DNA from: the human T2T-CHM13v2.0 reference genome, Homo sapiens | NCBI RefSeq assembly: GCF_009914755.1 | Contig: NC_060936.1 | Length of the DNA: 64,000 nt | Direction: 5' to 3' (one strand) | In this document: positions 40,276-53,988 of the stretch, one piece after another | Layout: each line of letters starts with the position of its first letter | How positions within the stretch are numbered: position 1 is the first letter of the stretch | The notes under the pieces: generated by a model | Told to the model about the DNA's origin: nothing | Seen by the model: only the letters and a program-made list of their open reading frames with translations | Database searches by the model: none | Position numbers and translations under genes: made by a program

Positions 40276-40539
40276 GAGGACTGAGCTCGCTGGCTAACCA
40301 GCATGACTCACTTGTGCTCCGGAATCACTCAACATGTTTATAATCTCCAGACCTGAATCACTCGTCAATACATATTCACAATTGTAAATGTTAAGTTTGT
40401 AATTACTGGGAACCTACTTTGGTGTAAATATAAATGCCTTAAGACAAATAAAAGAAATGAAGAAAATGGGCCTGAAATAGGATGCATGGAGTTGCCAGAG
40501 AAGGTGGATGAAAGGTGAATTGTGGGGTTTTTTCCTTAT

Positions 40540-40775
<236 letters not shown>

Positions 40776-41060
40776 TACTCATTTATAAATCCAAATAATG
40801 TTTAATTTTAATATATTAATTATTTGCTTCTGGAATCATACCCCAAAATGGAAAGTAGCAACAAAATTACTCATTGGTACCATTCCTGAAAGCATTATCA
40901 GAATGCCTTCCTTCAGCCGTGCCTTGTGATACACAATCTGGGGTTTAAAATAGAAGAAACCTTCTTGCAGTGGTTCGAATGGCTTGGAAGCACTCATCTT
41001 TTTCTTTCCTTTTTTTAAACAAGTAGGAGACATCAGTCAGAAGCTCTTTATTTTGTGAGG

Positions 41061-41421
41061 TGATACGGTTTAGCTGTGTCCCCACTCAAATCTCATCTTG
41101 AATTGTAGCTCCCATAATTTCCACATGTTGTAGAGGGACCCAGTGGGAGATAATGGAATCATGGGGGTAGTTTACCCCATACTGTTCTCATTGTAGTGAA
41201 TAAGTCTCATGAGATCTGATGGTTTTATGAGGGGCTTCCCCTTTCAGTTGGCTCTCATTCTCCGTTGTCTGCTACCATGTAAGACATGCCTTTCACCTCC
41301 TACCATGATTGTGAGGCCTCCCCAGTCACGTGGAACTGTGGGTCCATTAAACCTCTTTTTCTTTACAAATTACCCAGTCTCGGTTATGTCTTTATCAGCA
41401 GCATGAAAACAGACTAATACA
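41061..41421 (+). mobile_element. THE1(C-like) solo LTR
   Basis: tgatacggtttagctgtgtcccc...cagactaataca, 361 bp, TSD tgagg/tgggg. Confidence 0.92.
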
Positions 41422-44400
41422 TGGGGGAAGGGATGGACAATTGGTACCTACCCGCATATGCAAGGACAAACGATTCAAGTATACAAATAAGTATTCACTT
41501 CCAGCTGTCCTTCTTGCTATCTCCTGCTCCTACCCCGTGTAGACCCCCACACATATTTCAACCAGCAACTAATACCCTAGAGAAAGAACAGTGATGCAGG
41601 TAATATACATTCTCCAGGACAACTAGCTGATCTCCTTTGGTTGGCTGCTTGATGACGTGTGGGCAGGTGGACCAAAGCTTATCGTCATGGGTGGTTGAGC
41701 AAATCTACAGCCACAGTCCCTCGGCGAGCAGACAGAGTTATCGCAGCTCAACATAAAAACATTTATTCTGTTCTTACCAGTAGGATTAATTCCATCAAGT
41801 AGTGAATCTCCTGCTGCAAGATTAGTGTGATCAAATAGATTTCATCTCCTGGATTGTTCCCTGGACTTTTATAGTACATTTCTCTTTTCTGAATTTCATT
41901 GTTTTTACTCACTCCCCTCTGAGACTAAATTAAACCATCCCTTTTCATGTATCTTGTTTCTACCCTCTCAAATATGTTCTATTATGTTCTCTTTTAGTTA
42001 CCACTTAGCCAGGAGTACATATTTAGTTCCTTTAATCTTTCTTCATAAATCAATTCCTTCAGTACCTTGGTTAAAGTGTTGCTCTTTTTATATTTTGAAT
42101 TTTTTTCATTCCTCTCCAAACCCTGTCCAATTTATCTGTGTCTCTCTGCTAATGAGGTGTCTGGGATGAAATGTGTTTCTCCAGGTGCCGTCTCATTTGT
42201 GAGGTTGAGATGAGCAACCTCCATCCTTGCCATTTTGTCACTTTGCTCCTGAGACACAAAGGGCCACCACGTCAGAACTGCCACATTCTGACACCGCCAC
42301 GGCTGGAACAGATCGCTGCAGCAGGCTTGCCTCCACCAAGTCCCTTCTAATACAATCACCATGCAAGGCGCTTCCTCCTTCCAATTACCCACTTTTCATA
42401 TTGCTGTTCCCACAGGTATACTGTTAAGTGGCAAATGCTTCCAAACGTTATTTCACTTTCTGCCCCTGTTTCTCATGGATCTTGTAAGAATCTGGCAACA
42501 TGTCCAATGAATAGGACGCAGAATTGTGCTTCCATTCTTTTTCACTGGCTGTGTAAATGAAGGGTGAGAAGATCGCTCAGAAGAAAGTTGCATCTGCTGC
42601 AGCAAAGACCAGAAATCACAGAGGCTTAAATGAGACAGCCGTCTGTTTTTCCTTAGGCTGTCGGGATGCAAGCAGCCCAGAGCTCAATGGCAACAGGGCT
42701 TGGGCATCCTGTGTTTTTGCTTCACTATCATAACTGTTTTGTCCTCCTTCATCCACACAGTCCAGAACAGCTCATTTTCTAACCAGCATGGAGGAGGGAG
42801 GAGGTCCTGAGACCTCACCCCCTTGTCATGGTCCAATTTGAAAATTGCAAGCATCATCTTCAGTCATATTTCCATTGAACGGACCACCAGCATCTGACTT
42901 CATCTATGCAAAAGAGAAGCTAAAAAGTCAAGTCTTTTATTCACAGTGGTCACGCTGACCATGTGAAGCTATGGATGTGTTATGGTGAGAGAAAAGAAAG
43001 AAAAAGAATATTGAAGACATCTGGACATCTCAAGAATCCACAAAAGGAATGAAGGCAGAACGTCTCCAAACCCAAGGCATGAAAGAAAGAGGTATATACA
43101 AACTCCGAATAGCAGGCAGAAGGACTGGAATGAAGGTTGAGGAAGAAGGGGGCACTGTTGAGGGCCCAGTGAGTCAGATCAAAAGGGTAGCCAATGGCAT
43201 ATCCTCATCATGGCTTCCAAAGATTCGTGGGTAACCCTTAAATGACAACATCAATTATCTACTATGCATCCCTTGTATCGGAGGATGGTGATGGTGGTAA
43301 AATTCCTAGAGCATGCATCATCCATATCATCAAACAGCAATAATTTCAGAACAGAGGAACTGTGCTTTGGAAGAAGGCTTCAAGAAGAATGAAAATCCAT
43401 GCTGCACTTTGCAACGGCTTCATACATTTCATTCTTTCTTTCTGAAAATAGCATGCCAATGAAACAGAATGGATTCTGTCATTCAATCAGCATTTTGAGT
43501 GAAATTGGCTTTTGGGTTTTTTTTTTTTCTCGGTTTTAGGAACTAGGGTGGGGCCACATCATACATTCACTCAACATATATTTATTTATCAAGTGTTTAT
43601 TCCAAGCCAGTCACTGAAGGTACAGTGATAGCAAAAAATAATAATAATAAAGAAAGAAAGAGAAAAAAGAAACCTGACCTCACGAAGCTTTTTTCCCCCT
43701 CTAATGAGGGGGATTATTTGCAAATACATTAGTTAGAATTAATTCAAAGAGAAATGAGAAAATGTAAAACATGAAGAATTTTGAGTTTGAGAGTGTAGGA
43801 CATGATGCATATTTAAATGGATAATTCTGACTACTTAATAAATAAGCACAAGAATGAGTAGCAATTCATCTCTTTCCTTCAAAAATTCAAGATGGGTCCA
43901 ATTGACAGTAAAATACAGCACTGATAATAAAAATAGTATTGAGTTATTAACCTAAAGATTTTGCACTAAATTGAAAACTTATCTAGATAACATATTTGAA
44001 AAAAGGCTAATAAAGTTTTTTTCTTTCTAAACCACAATAATCTGATCTGATTTCCATTATAAAAAGTACCATGTTTTATTAGAATTTAAACCCCACTGAT
44101 TATAAGACATGTCTTAATTCGTGTAACACTAAAATATTCACCAAAACTCTGCAGAATATAATTGTAAGAAACTACTGAATATAATGTCCATCTGATTTTA
44201 GGAAGTAAAAAAATAGCTGACTTGGAACTGGGAAGATATGGTTCTCTCTTCCCAGGTTCCACGGATCATCTTTCTAGATGGACCGAGATGTAGCAAGAAA
44301 AACTAAAAGGCACTCCCAAGTTATTGCCATTTGAAATACTACTCTTGCCTATTCTAAGTACTATGTCATTATTTTTATTTTTGAAATCTTCCCTTTCACA

Positions 44401-44489
44401 GGAGAATCCAATTGGTCTATAGAATTTGGCAATCTCTTTCTTTGGCTCAACTTCTAAGCATTTAGGAGACAGATATGTGTACACACATA

Positions 44490-44920
44490 CAATATGATAT
44501 GTGCATAAAATACTTTTTGTGGCATGACATAAAATAAAGATTGGGAACAAGCTAAGTATATCCTAGTAGGAGACTGGTTAAATAAATCACAGTACATGTG
44601 CCCAATAAAATTATTTGTACCTATTAAAAAGAATGAGCCAGCTCTACATGTTATGATATGGAAATGCTGTGTAAGATGCATTTTTCATGGACTCAAAGTA
44701 AGATGCAAAACAAACAGTGTGTGCTATGTGAACGTTTGTGAAGATGGAGCAAGGATTATAGGTCTATGTGTGCAAAAGTGGGTCTCAGAAAGAAGATGCA
44801 GACAAAGGACACAGCTCCGAACCAGGATTTCTGGAAGACACAGGAAAGAGGACTATTTTATTAGTAAAAACCTCTGTAGTTTGTAATTGTTTTCATGTAC
44901 ATGTGCTGTCTATTCAACAG
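44490..44920 (+). mobile_element. L1ME-like 3' fragment
   Basis: taggagactggttaaataaatcacagtacat; attaaaaagaatgag...ctacatg. Confidence 0.55.
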
Positions 44921-47419
44921 CAATGAGGAGGAGGAGGTTGAGGAGGAAGAGGAAGAGACACAGGAGGGTGGACACCTGGGTAAATTCCCAAATTGATGCC
45001 ACATGGAGGTATGGAAGTTACAGAGACCTATGAGGTTCAGGTTTTCTGAATTTTCTTCCAAAAGCTAAAATACACATTCTATAAAACTAATCACTCTGGG
45101 GAAAAAAAAGGTTAATCGTTTAGAAACAAGGGTATGTAAAAAATCAGGGAAATTAAATGGTTGGAAAGTCCTTCTGACTTTCAAGCTTAGAAGCTGCAAG
45201 AATACTGGACTTTTTGTTTGTTTGGTTGGTTTTCTTCCTAGCACCATCATGGTGAAGTAACTTTCTTCAATGGCATCCTGGCAAAACTATCCCAACTCAA
45301 GGAAACAGAAGATAAAAAATGTGATGTGATTCCAGATATTTTATTGTACTATAAAAATTCTATTACAAGCATAGAAGAAAGACAAGTAAAACTGGTCACA
45401 CATTGGCTGGGTCCAAGTGTGTTTTAATATGTCCATGAAATGAATCAGGTCTCAGACACTTGAAGGCTGGGAAAAGTTTGGGACTGATTTTAAATGTGCT
45501 GAAAGTGGGTGGGGAGCAGGAGGCAGTAAAGATGTGAAGGGTGGGTTAAAAGAAAATTCTTGATGACAAACCCTGAAATATTGCACTTTTGGCTTTTGGG
45601 AAAGACCGGTAATTGTCACCAAGGAATTAAGGCCCACCTTGGAGAGGAAGATGTTTTTCCTTTACTTGCTCAATACTCAGTATTGCAGACTAAAATAAAT
45701 TGGCATTGTGCTGGATGTAAAGCCTGTGCTTCACACCTTTTAAAGCACTGGGAGGTGCAGAGAAATGCAGCTGGCATCAAACGTCACGGGGAACTTACTC
45801 CTCTTGACATGTATTTTTTTTTTAAATGTCAAATTCCTTAATACTTGCAGGGTTTTTAAAGTTTTTATATTTCAGTTACAATTCACCCATGCCTTTTTCT
45901 TCCCCTCATCTTTGCACATATCATCCTGATATTAGGCAACCCCCTGTTATGTATCATTTAGTGTCAGACTAAGAGGTCTCATTTTGACAGATTTCCAAGG
46001 CATGCCAACAGAAAACCAAGGGGCTCACTTCTGGCTTCCGTGGTTCCTGTGTAAGCCGGCAGTGCAAGAGCAAATATCCCTTTGACATGGAGGGTACATG
46101 AAGCAAACAGGAATGGTTCAGAGCCACAACCACGGGGCGCTTCCCAGCACTTTCCCTGGTTACGCAGAAGGGGGGTTAAAAGCTTTTTAAAGCTGATTTG
46201 GCTTAGCAACCCCATAAGCCATATGGCCTCCTTGAAGATGATGATTCGCTTCCACGTGATCTGTACATTTCAGGTGAGTCAAGAGATTTTCTTGACAGTC
46301 ATCACATAGATGGCCAGCTACATGCACACTAACGTCACATCAAAGTCCAGGGGAAATGAATATGTTGTTTTCATAGCTGCCAGGAGGAGTGAAAATCAAG
46401 AGAGATCCTCAGTCATGCACAGTAAGTTGCTTTTGGTTTCTATGAGAAAAATGTAAAAAGGGATATTTCACATACTGTCCATTAAGCCAAAATGTATAGA
46501 CTGTTGGAAAGCACAGCCTTTACTCGAAAAGTGGCTAAATAATTTTTCACTAAGATTAGAGAACACATGCATAGTCCAAAATGATGGTAGCAAGCAGTCA
46601 TACTTGGCATTGTAGCAATGTGTTCAAAGCTCTCCTAAGTCCTGTGGAAGTTCTCTCTCAGTACTGGGCACTTTGCCTTTTTATACTGATGTTTCACATT
46701 TGCTATTCCTGTAAGTTCCCGGTAGCAGGAGTGTTGCCTCCCTATCATCCACGGACTCCCCCTCCCCTCTCTAATGTGGCCTCTGTACATAGTAGGGACT
46801 TCATTAACACTTGCTGAGAAGGCTTGCAATATCTGGGACTACCGCTCAGTTTGTGGAAATACCACTTCCCATGGCACTCAGGAATGAACACAATGCAAAT
46901 ATACCTTGTTCAATAGACTCAGGGTTTATAATCACAGACAGGTACAGCTGAAAGCAAAGTATGAACCTATATAGGTTAACGGCTTTGTTTTACATAGGAG
47001 GAAGCAAATGTGATAAAGAGGTTACTTGCTCCAAGACACAGATCATGTTAAAAGCAGATTCTAGACTAGAAACCTGATCTCCTCATTAATTCTAGGTGAA
47101 ATCAGATAATATGCAAAAATTAATGTGAACAGGAAGTGACATTTAAACCTATCATCCATTCAGCAACACTGTACTGAGTGCTTATCTTGTACCTACACAG
47201 CTAAAGTTCCTCAGGGTAGATTTATGGACCTTATATTCTAGTGAGGTGGGAGGAACACAGATAGTGCATACGTAGACAAGATGATTTGAAGAAATAAAAT
47301 ACAGTGATGTGCAGAGATATCTTTGGTGCAATGTTACTTTAGGATAAGGATTACTTCTGTGAGGTGTCTCAAATGAGCTAAGAACTGAATGACCACAGGG
47401 GGAGAGAAGAGGTGTCGTA

Positions 47420-47930
47420 GCTTGAAACGGTGGACCTGATCCTTTACACCTCTCAGTACCCACAACCCTTGCTACTGTGACTTTCCAATTCCTCCCAAAA
47501 AAGGGGCGGGGGATATTTCTCCATCCCTTGTCTCTGACTTAGACCCATGGGTCATGCTTTGGTCAACAGAATAAAACAGGCATGACTCTAAGCTGGTTCC
47601 CAAGCAGTCTTGTGCATTGCCATCTGTGTTCCTGCAATTTGTCTATGGCTGTAAGAAGAACATCAAAGGGTAGCCTTCTGACCCTGGGGGCCAGATGATA
47701 GGTGTGTGGAACAGAGCCACCCGCAGAGGAGCTGACCGACTGCAGATATGGGACGGAGCCCAGGCAGGGCCAGAAGAGCCACCTCACTGAGCCCAGCCTG
47801 CATGAGCCAGTTTCCAGTGGTCCCTCAGCCTCCCAGTGCCATATGAGCTAGAGAAATGCTGATTTTTATGCTGTACACGTTTTGTAAACACTTATTCTAC
47901 ATTATTGTTTGGCCATATCCCACTGACACA
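47420..47930 (+). mobile_element. MLT1 (F-H-like) LTR inserted in L2 remnants
   Basis: gatatttctccatcccttg...catgctttggtcaacagaat; gtgtggaacagagcc; L2-like flanks. Confidence 0.55.
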
Positions 47931-48422
47931 CTTGGGAAGAAGTTGGAAGCAGGTGTTCTAAAAAAAGGAATCAATAAGTTCAACGGCTTGAAACAAAGTC
48001 CTGGCTAGAGTTTGAAGAATAGGCAGCCAGTATGACTGAGAAGCTCATTAAATGTGTGATAATGTGATAGAGCACAATTTCAAACATGATGTACACAGGA
48101 GACAAATTGGGTATGGTTTTGTGGGCCATAGTGGAGATGTTATCAGGAGTACAATGGAAAAACACTGGAAGGTTATAAATTGAGAAAGTAGCTGATCTAT
48201 AGCTCTTACTCATGATAACAAGCTATTCTGTAGGGCATGGGACACTGGCAGGTGAGAACAGACCCAGGCAGATGAAAGGAGGCTATTATGATGGCTCTGG
48301 TGAGACGATGTTCTTCTTCTTTTCCTTGAAGTATATTGTGTGTGTCTATGTGTGTATACATATACATGAATATACATGTATACTCGTATATAATCAGATG
48401 TATTCTATGCATTTTTTATATA

Positions 48423-49199
48423 CAGTTGTCCCTTGGTATCGGTGGGGAATTGGTTCCAGCACGCCCTGCAGATACCAAAATCTGTGGACACCAAAATCTG
48501 AGGATGCTCATGTCCCTGATAGAAAATAGTGTCGGTCATATTGCATATAATGGCACACCCTTCTGTATACTTTAAATCATGTCTAGATTACATGTAATGC
48601 TTAATACAATATAAATGTTATATAAATCATTGTTATATTGTATAGTTTAGAGAATAATGACAATTCCTACTTTTGAATTACTTCTTCTATTTCCCCACTC
48701 ACTGCTTTTGATTGAATTCCATATGCCTCTGACCTCATTCGAATGGTGTTTTTTTTTTTAAACTCCTGTTTGAATGTACCCATCACCCCATCCACCCCCC
48801 GCCAATAAAGCCCTTCTAAATATAGGACCCAGTCTGAACTCGGTAGGAAATTCTGTGATTGTCTGAGCTCCACAGCTAGTCCAAGGCAGATGGGAAAATC
48901 CTACCTTTAAGGCATTTGATGATGTGAAGAGAACACTTCAACCAATGCACCTACACGTTCTAAATGCTATGTTATGGTTGAAACGCAGGTGAGAGTGTGA
49001 ATACAATATTTTGGTTCCCTGACTACACATTTTTATTTTTAAAGGGATTTCTTTCATGTTTCACTTAGGGGAATGATATTTTCGTCCTTGGACTGCCTGA
49101 GGGAACATGTTCAGTACAGACTTTTTGTTTCCAAATATTTTCTATCCACAGTTGGTTGGATCCACAGACACAGAACCCACAGACACAGAGGGCTGACTG
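48423..49199 (+). mobile_element. MER2 DNA transposon split by a templated insertion (48423-48663 and ~49105-49199)
   Basis: TA-flanked TIRs cagttgtcccttggtatc / gacacagagggctgactg; halves ...gagaataatgacaa and catgttcagtacagac... are near-adjacent in MER2. Confidence 0.9.
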
Positions 49200-50002
49200 T
49201 ATACAATCAAGATAGGAGAGGACATTTTTGCTGATCTCAATGGGAGAGGTACTTAAACAAACAACAGTGATATACTCCTGTTTACTTTATTTGTACACAT
49301 TGGTAACCAGAATGTCATAAATTATTCTTCAGGCCCTGAAGTGTTAAAAAAGTATTTATAAATAAAATAAAAACAACTTTCCTGTAATGAACACCCCATA
49401 CTTACATCAAACAGAGCTGTAGCGCTTACCAGCATGGTAAGTAAAATGATTATAAAGGTAAGTGTTCCATCAAGATTCCCCAGAAGCAAATAACATTCAC
49501 GGAGTACAAGTAGGACAGTCCCCTGAGACAGTAATATTGTCTCTGAATCCATCATATAAGCATGTTCCCTCAGGCAGTCCAAGGACTAAAATATCATTCC
49601 CCTAAGTGAAACATGAAAGAAATCCCTTTAAAAACAAAAATGTATAGTCAGGGAACCAAAACATTGTATTCACACTCTCACCTGCGTTTCAACCATAACA
49701 TAGCATTTAGAAAGTGTAGGTACATTGGTTGAAGTGTTCTCTTCACATCATCAAATGCCCCAAAGGTAGGATTTTCCCATCCGCCTTGGACTAGCTGTGG
49801 AGCTCAGACAATCACAGAATTTCCTACCGAGTTCAGACTGGGTCCTATATTTAGAAGGGCTTTATTGGCGGGGGGTGGATGGGGTGATGGGTACATTCAA
49901 ACAGGAGTTTAAAAAAAACACCATTTGAATGAGGTCAGAAGCATAAGAATTCAATCAAAAGCAGTGAGTAGGGAAATAGAAGAAGAAATTCTAAAGTAGG
50001 AA
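48664..50002. repeat. Inverted repeat, arms 48664-49109 and 49561-50002, 451-bp spacer
   Basis: Reverse-complement alignment with about 15 substitutions and 2 indels (~96%). Confidence 0.97.
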
Positions 50003-50531
50003 CCCAGCCATGACATACTTGCAAAAACAACAACAACAACAACAAAAAACTACAAAGGAATTCAACTACAAATATAAATTGTACACATTTGGAAGGTGTA
50101 GAATTCTAGCACACTATAAGCCGGATTTCCTGGACAGATTCTTATAAAATTCAGAAGTGTTTTCACACATTACATCTTCCATGAGGAAAAGGCATCCTAT
50201 AAAATGCTCCTTATTTTTTTATGAGCTATTGAGAAGCACAGTTTACTCTGGAATAACTCAAGGGACTTTCTTTAAGAGGGCTGTAAAGACAGGCAGGCTC
50301 CAGGTCAAAGCCCCTGGCCATATAAACACACCAAGCTTATCTCTGATGGACGTGACTGACATCTGAAAAAAGATTTTCTATGGAATGTCCACCCCAAATG
50401 GAATCATCACTTCCTTCATCCTCTGGAGCACGTTCCCAGCTCTACTGCAAAATTAGAAATAGATGATGTGTTTGGATTTTCTGTTGTTGTTGCTTCTAAG
50501 TCTTTACCGGCAATAGTGGCAGAAAATAAGT

Positions 50532-50643
50532 AAGAAATGCTATAATCCTAATAAATAAAAGCCAAAGAAACACTATAGAACCTAATAAATAAAAGCCAAA
50601 GAAATACTACAATCCTAATAAATAGAAGCCCAATAAATACTAT
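50532..50643. repeat. 33-34-bp AT-rich minisatellite, ~3.3 copies
   Basis: cctaataaataaaagccaaagaaa(c/t)acta unit at 50547, 50581, 50614. Confidence 0.92.
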
Positions 50644-50722
50644 CAAGAAAAGAAATTAAAAACAAAAACAGGCACGGAATAGTCACACCTCACAGAAAAA
50701 CTGTATTGATTTGTAAAGATCT

Positions 50723-51283
50723 ATGTTTTGGTAACGATTGCAGAAATTTTTCTGCTTTTCAAGAATTCATTCCCTCTTTCTCTGATACCACAAGCTGTAT
50801 TTCCACCTGTCCCTCACTGGGAGTACATGTGGATGAGTGGGTTGATTCTATTCTAAGCTGAGATGGGCCTTTGATTAAGGCCTGGCTGCTCAGACCATCT
50901 CATGGCACTGCATTGTAACTTGCTTAGAAATGAATATCTAATGACACTAAACCAATCACAGAAAATGCTTATACTTCTGAAGGAGTTTGGAGAGAATCTC
51001 TTTCCCCTGGGGTTGTTGAGAGAGAAAATGCAAGCCCAGGTTTCTGGCAGCCAAATTTCCATCAAAGAGGGGACCAAGCTGAGGATGCAGAGAGGAGAGC
51101 ACAGCTGAGAAGTAGAAAATAATTTATGGCTGTGGCTCTGTTTAAATCCTAGAGCCAGTCATGCTGAAAGCAGCACCACCTTTGGAATTCCCAGTTTTAT
51201 GAACCAATAAATTCCCCATTTTGCTTAACCCAGTTTGAGTAGGGTTTCTGTCACTTGCAATTAACATATCCACAACTAATACA
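50723..51283 (+). mobile_element. LTR16-like ERVL LTR
   Basis: ccaataaattccccattttgcttaacccagtttgagtagggtttctgtcacttgcaa...actaataca end. Confidence 0.65.
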
Positions 51284-51610
51284 TTTCAGTGAATTATTAG
51301 CAATCCTTTGTTTATAATCAGACAAAAGAAATAATAAAATGTGATTTTGAATTACAGAGGCATTACACACCAGCCACTATCTATTCTGCAAACAGGGTTT
51401 CCTTCCAGTCAAATGACAGTGAATTTAAACCTAAAACATGACTACTGAGACCACACTTTGTTTAATCCGTCAGAATTTATAATTGCTTTGAAGCTGTCAC
51501 ATTTTAAACATAACCCTACAACCATAAAACTGTTGACTGTCATGAATCAGTGGGATTCATGTATTGTATAATTCACACATTTTAAGTGTGTCACATATAT
51601 CTAGTGCATT

Positions 51611-53988
51611 CAGGCATATTTTCTAGATATTGTGGGTTTGGTTCCAGATCATCATAATAAAGCAAATATCACCATAAAGTGAGTCACACATTTTTTGGTT
51701 TTTGGTTTCCCAGTGCATATACAAGTTACATTTACACAATGCTGTTGTCTAGCAAATGTACAACAACATTATGTCTAAAAAAACTATGTACATGCTTCAA
51801 TTTAAAAATACTTTATTGCTAAAACTGATCATCATGACCTGGACCTTCATCAAGACCTAATTTTTTTTGCTGCTGGGAGGTCTTGCCTCCATGTGGATGG
51901 CTGCTGACTAATCAGGTTGGGGACTGCTGAAGGTTGGAGTGGCTGTGGCAATGTCTTAAAAAAGGCAACAATGAGGTTTGCTGCATCAATGGACTCGTCT
52001 TTTGACAAAAGATTTCTCTGTAGCATGCGATGCCATTTGATAGCATTTTACCCACAGCAGAACGTCCTTCAAAATTGGAGCCAATCTTTTCACACCCTGC
52101 TGTTGCTTTATCAAATCAGTCTTTGTAATATTCTAAATCCTTTGTTGTCGTTTCAACAATGCTCACACGTCCTCACCAGGAGTAGATTCCATCTCGAGAA
52201 ACCACTTTCTTTGTTCATCCATAAGAAGCAATTCTTCCTCTGTTCACATTGTGTCATGAGCTTGCAGCCATTCAGTCACCTCTTGAGGCTCCACTTCTAA
52301 TTCTAGCTCTCTTGCTGTTTCCACACCTGCGGTGACTTCCTCCACTGAAGTCTTGAGCCCCTCAAAGTCATCCATGAGGGTTGGAATCAGGTTCTTCCAC
52401 ACTCCTGTTCATGTTGACATTTGGGCTCCTCTCGTGAATTGCCAATGTTCTTCATGGCATCAAGAATGGTAAATCCTTTCCAAAAGGTTTTCAACTTACT
52501 TTGCCCAAATCCATCAGAGGAATCACTATCTCTGGCAGCCATAGCCTTATCAAAGGTATGACTTGAAAGCCAAAATTACTCCTTGATCCATGGGTTGCAG
52601 AATGAATGCTGCATTAGAAGGCATGAAAATAACATAAATCTTCTTGTGTGTCTCCATCAGAGCTCTTAGGTGACCAGGTGTATTGTCAGTGAGCAGTAAC
52701 ATTGTTAAAGGCATCTTTTTTTCTGAGCAACAGATCTCAACAGTGGGCTTAAAATATTCAGTAGACAGATGTGTGCTGTAAACAGATGTGCTGTCATCCA
52801 GGCTTTGTTGTTCCATTTATAGAACACAGGCAGGGTAGAGTAAGCATAATTATTAAGGGCCCTAGGAATTTCAGAGTGGTAAATGCGTGTTGGCTTCAAC
52901 TTAAAGTCACCAGCTGCATTACCCAACAACAAGGAAGTCAGCCTGTCCTTTGAAGCCAGAAACTGACTTCTCCTCTCTAGCTATGAAAGTCCTAGAAGGC
53001 ACCTTCTTCCAATAGAAGGCTGTGTCATTTACACGGAAAATCTTTTATTTAGTGTAGGCACCTTAATCAATGATTTTAACTAGATCTTCTGGAGAACTTG
53101 CTGCAGCTTCTCTGTCAGCACCCTTGCTACTTTGCCTTGCACTTTTATGTCATAGAGATGGCATCTTTTCTTAAATCTCATGAAACAACCTCTGCTAGTT
53201 TCCAGCTTTTCTTCTTCAGCTTCCTCATTGCCCCCAGCCTTCATAGAACTGAAAAGTTAGGCTCTTGCTCAGGATAAGGCTTTAGCTTAAGAGAATGCTG
53301 TGACTAGCTTGATCTTCTATCCAGGTCATTCAAACTTTCTCCATATCAGCAAGAAGGTTGTTTCACTTTCTTATCATCTGTGTGTTCACTGGAGTAGCAG
53401 TTTTAACTTCCTCCAAGAACTTTTTCTCCACGTTCGAAACATAACTATATGATACAAAAGACCTAGCTTTCAGCCTGTCTCCACTTTCAACATGCCTTCC
53501 TCACTAAGCTTAATCATTTCTAGCTTCTGATTTAAAATGTGAGATGTGCAACTCTTCCTTTCACTTGAGCACTTAGAGACCATTGTAGGGTAATTAACTG
53601 GCTTCATTTCAATATTTTTGTGTCTCAGAGAATAGGAGGCGAGAAGAGAGGGAGAGAGATAGAAGAATAGCTGTCTGTGGGGCAGTCAGAACACACACAT
53701 TTATAAATTAGGGTGAAAATCTTACATGGGCATGGTTCATGGAGCCACAAACAATAGTAACATGAAATATCACGGATCACAGATCACCATAACAAATATA
53801 ATAACAATGAAAAGTTGAAATATTGCTAGAATTGTCACAATGTGACACAGAGATGACATGAGCTCATGCTGTTGGAAAAATGGTGCCAGTAGACTTGTTC
53901 AATGCAGGGTTGCCATAAACCTTCAATTTATCAAAAAAAAAATCTGCAAATCATAATAAAGCAAAACATGACAAAATAAATTATGCTG
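51611..53988 (-). mobile_element. Tigger1 DNA transposon, near full length (~2.38 kb)
   Basis: caggcata TIR, tatgctg at other end, transposase remnants inside. Confidence 0.93.
52550..52932 (-). pseudogene. Frameshifted Tigger1 (pogo-type DDE) transposase remnant
   Basis: ORF peptides [11 protein letters not shown]...[14 protein letters not shown] and EYFKPTVE...DNTPGH...[10 protein letters not shown] in different frames. Confidence 0.9.

Noticed and set aside
50532-50643. 33-bp repeats as a CRISPR-like array
   Set aside because: Head-to-tail units without unique spacers, primate context, no cas genes
51611-53988. Domesticated TIGD-type gene
   Set aside because: Transposase is frameshifted and fragmented inside a decayed Tigger1 with TIRs
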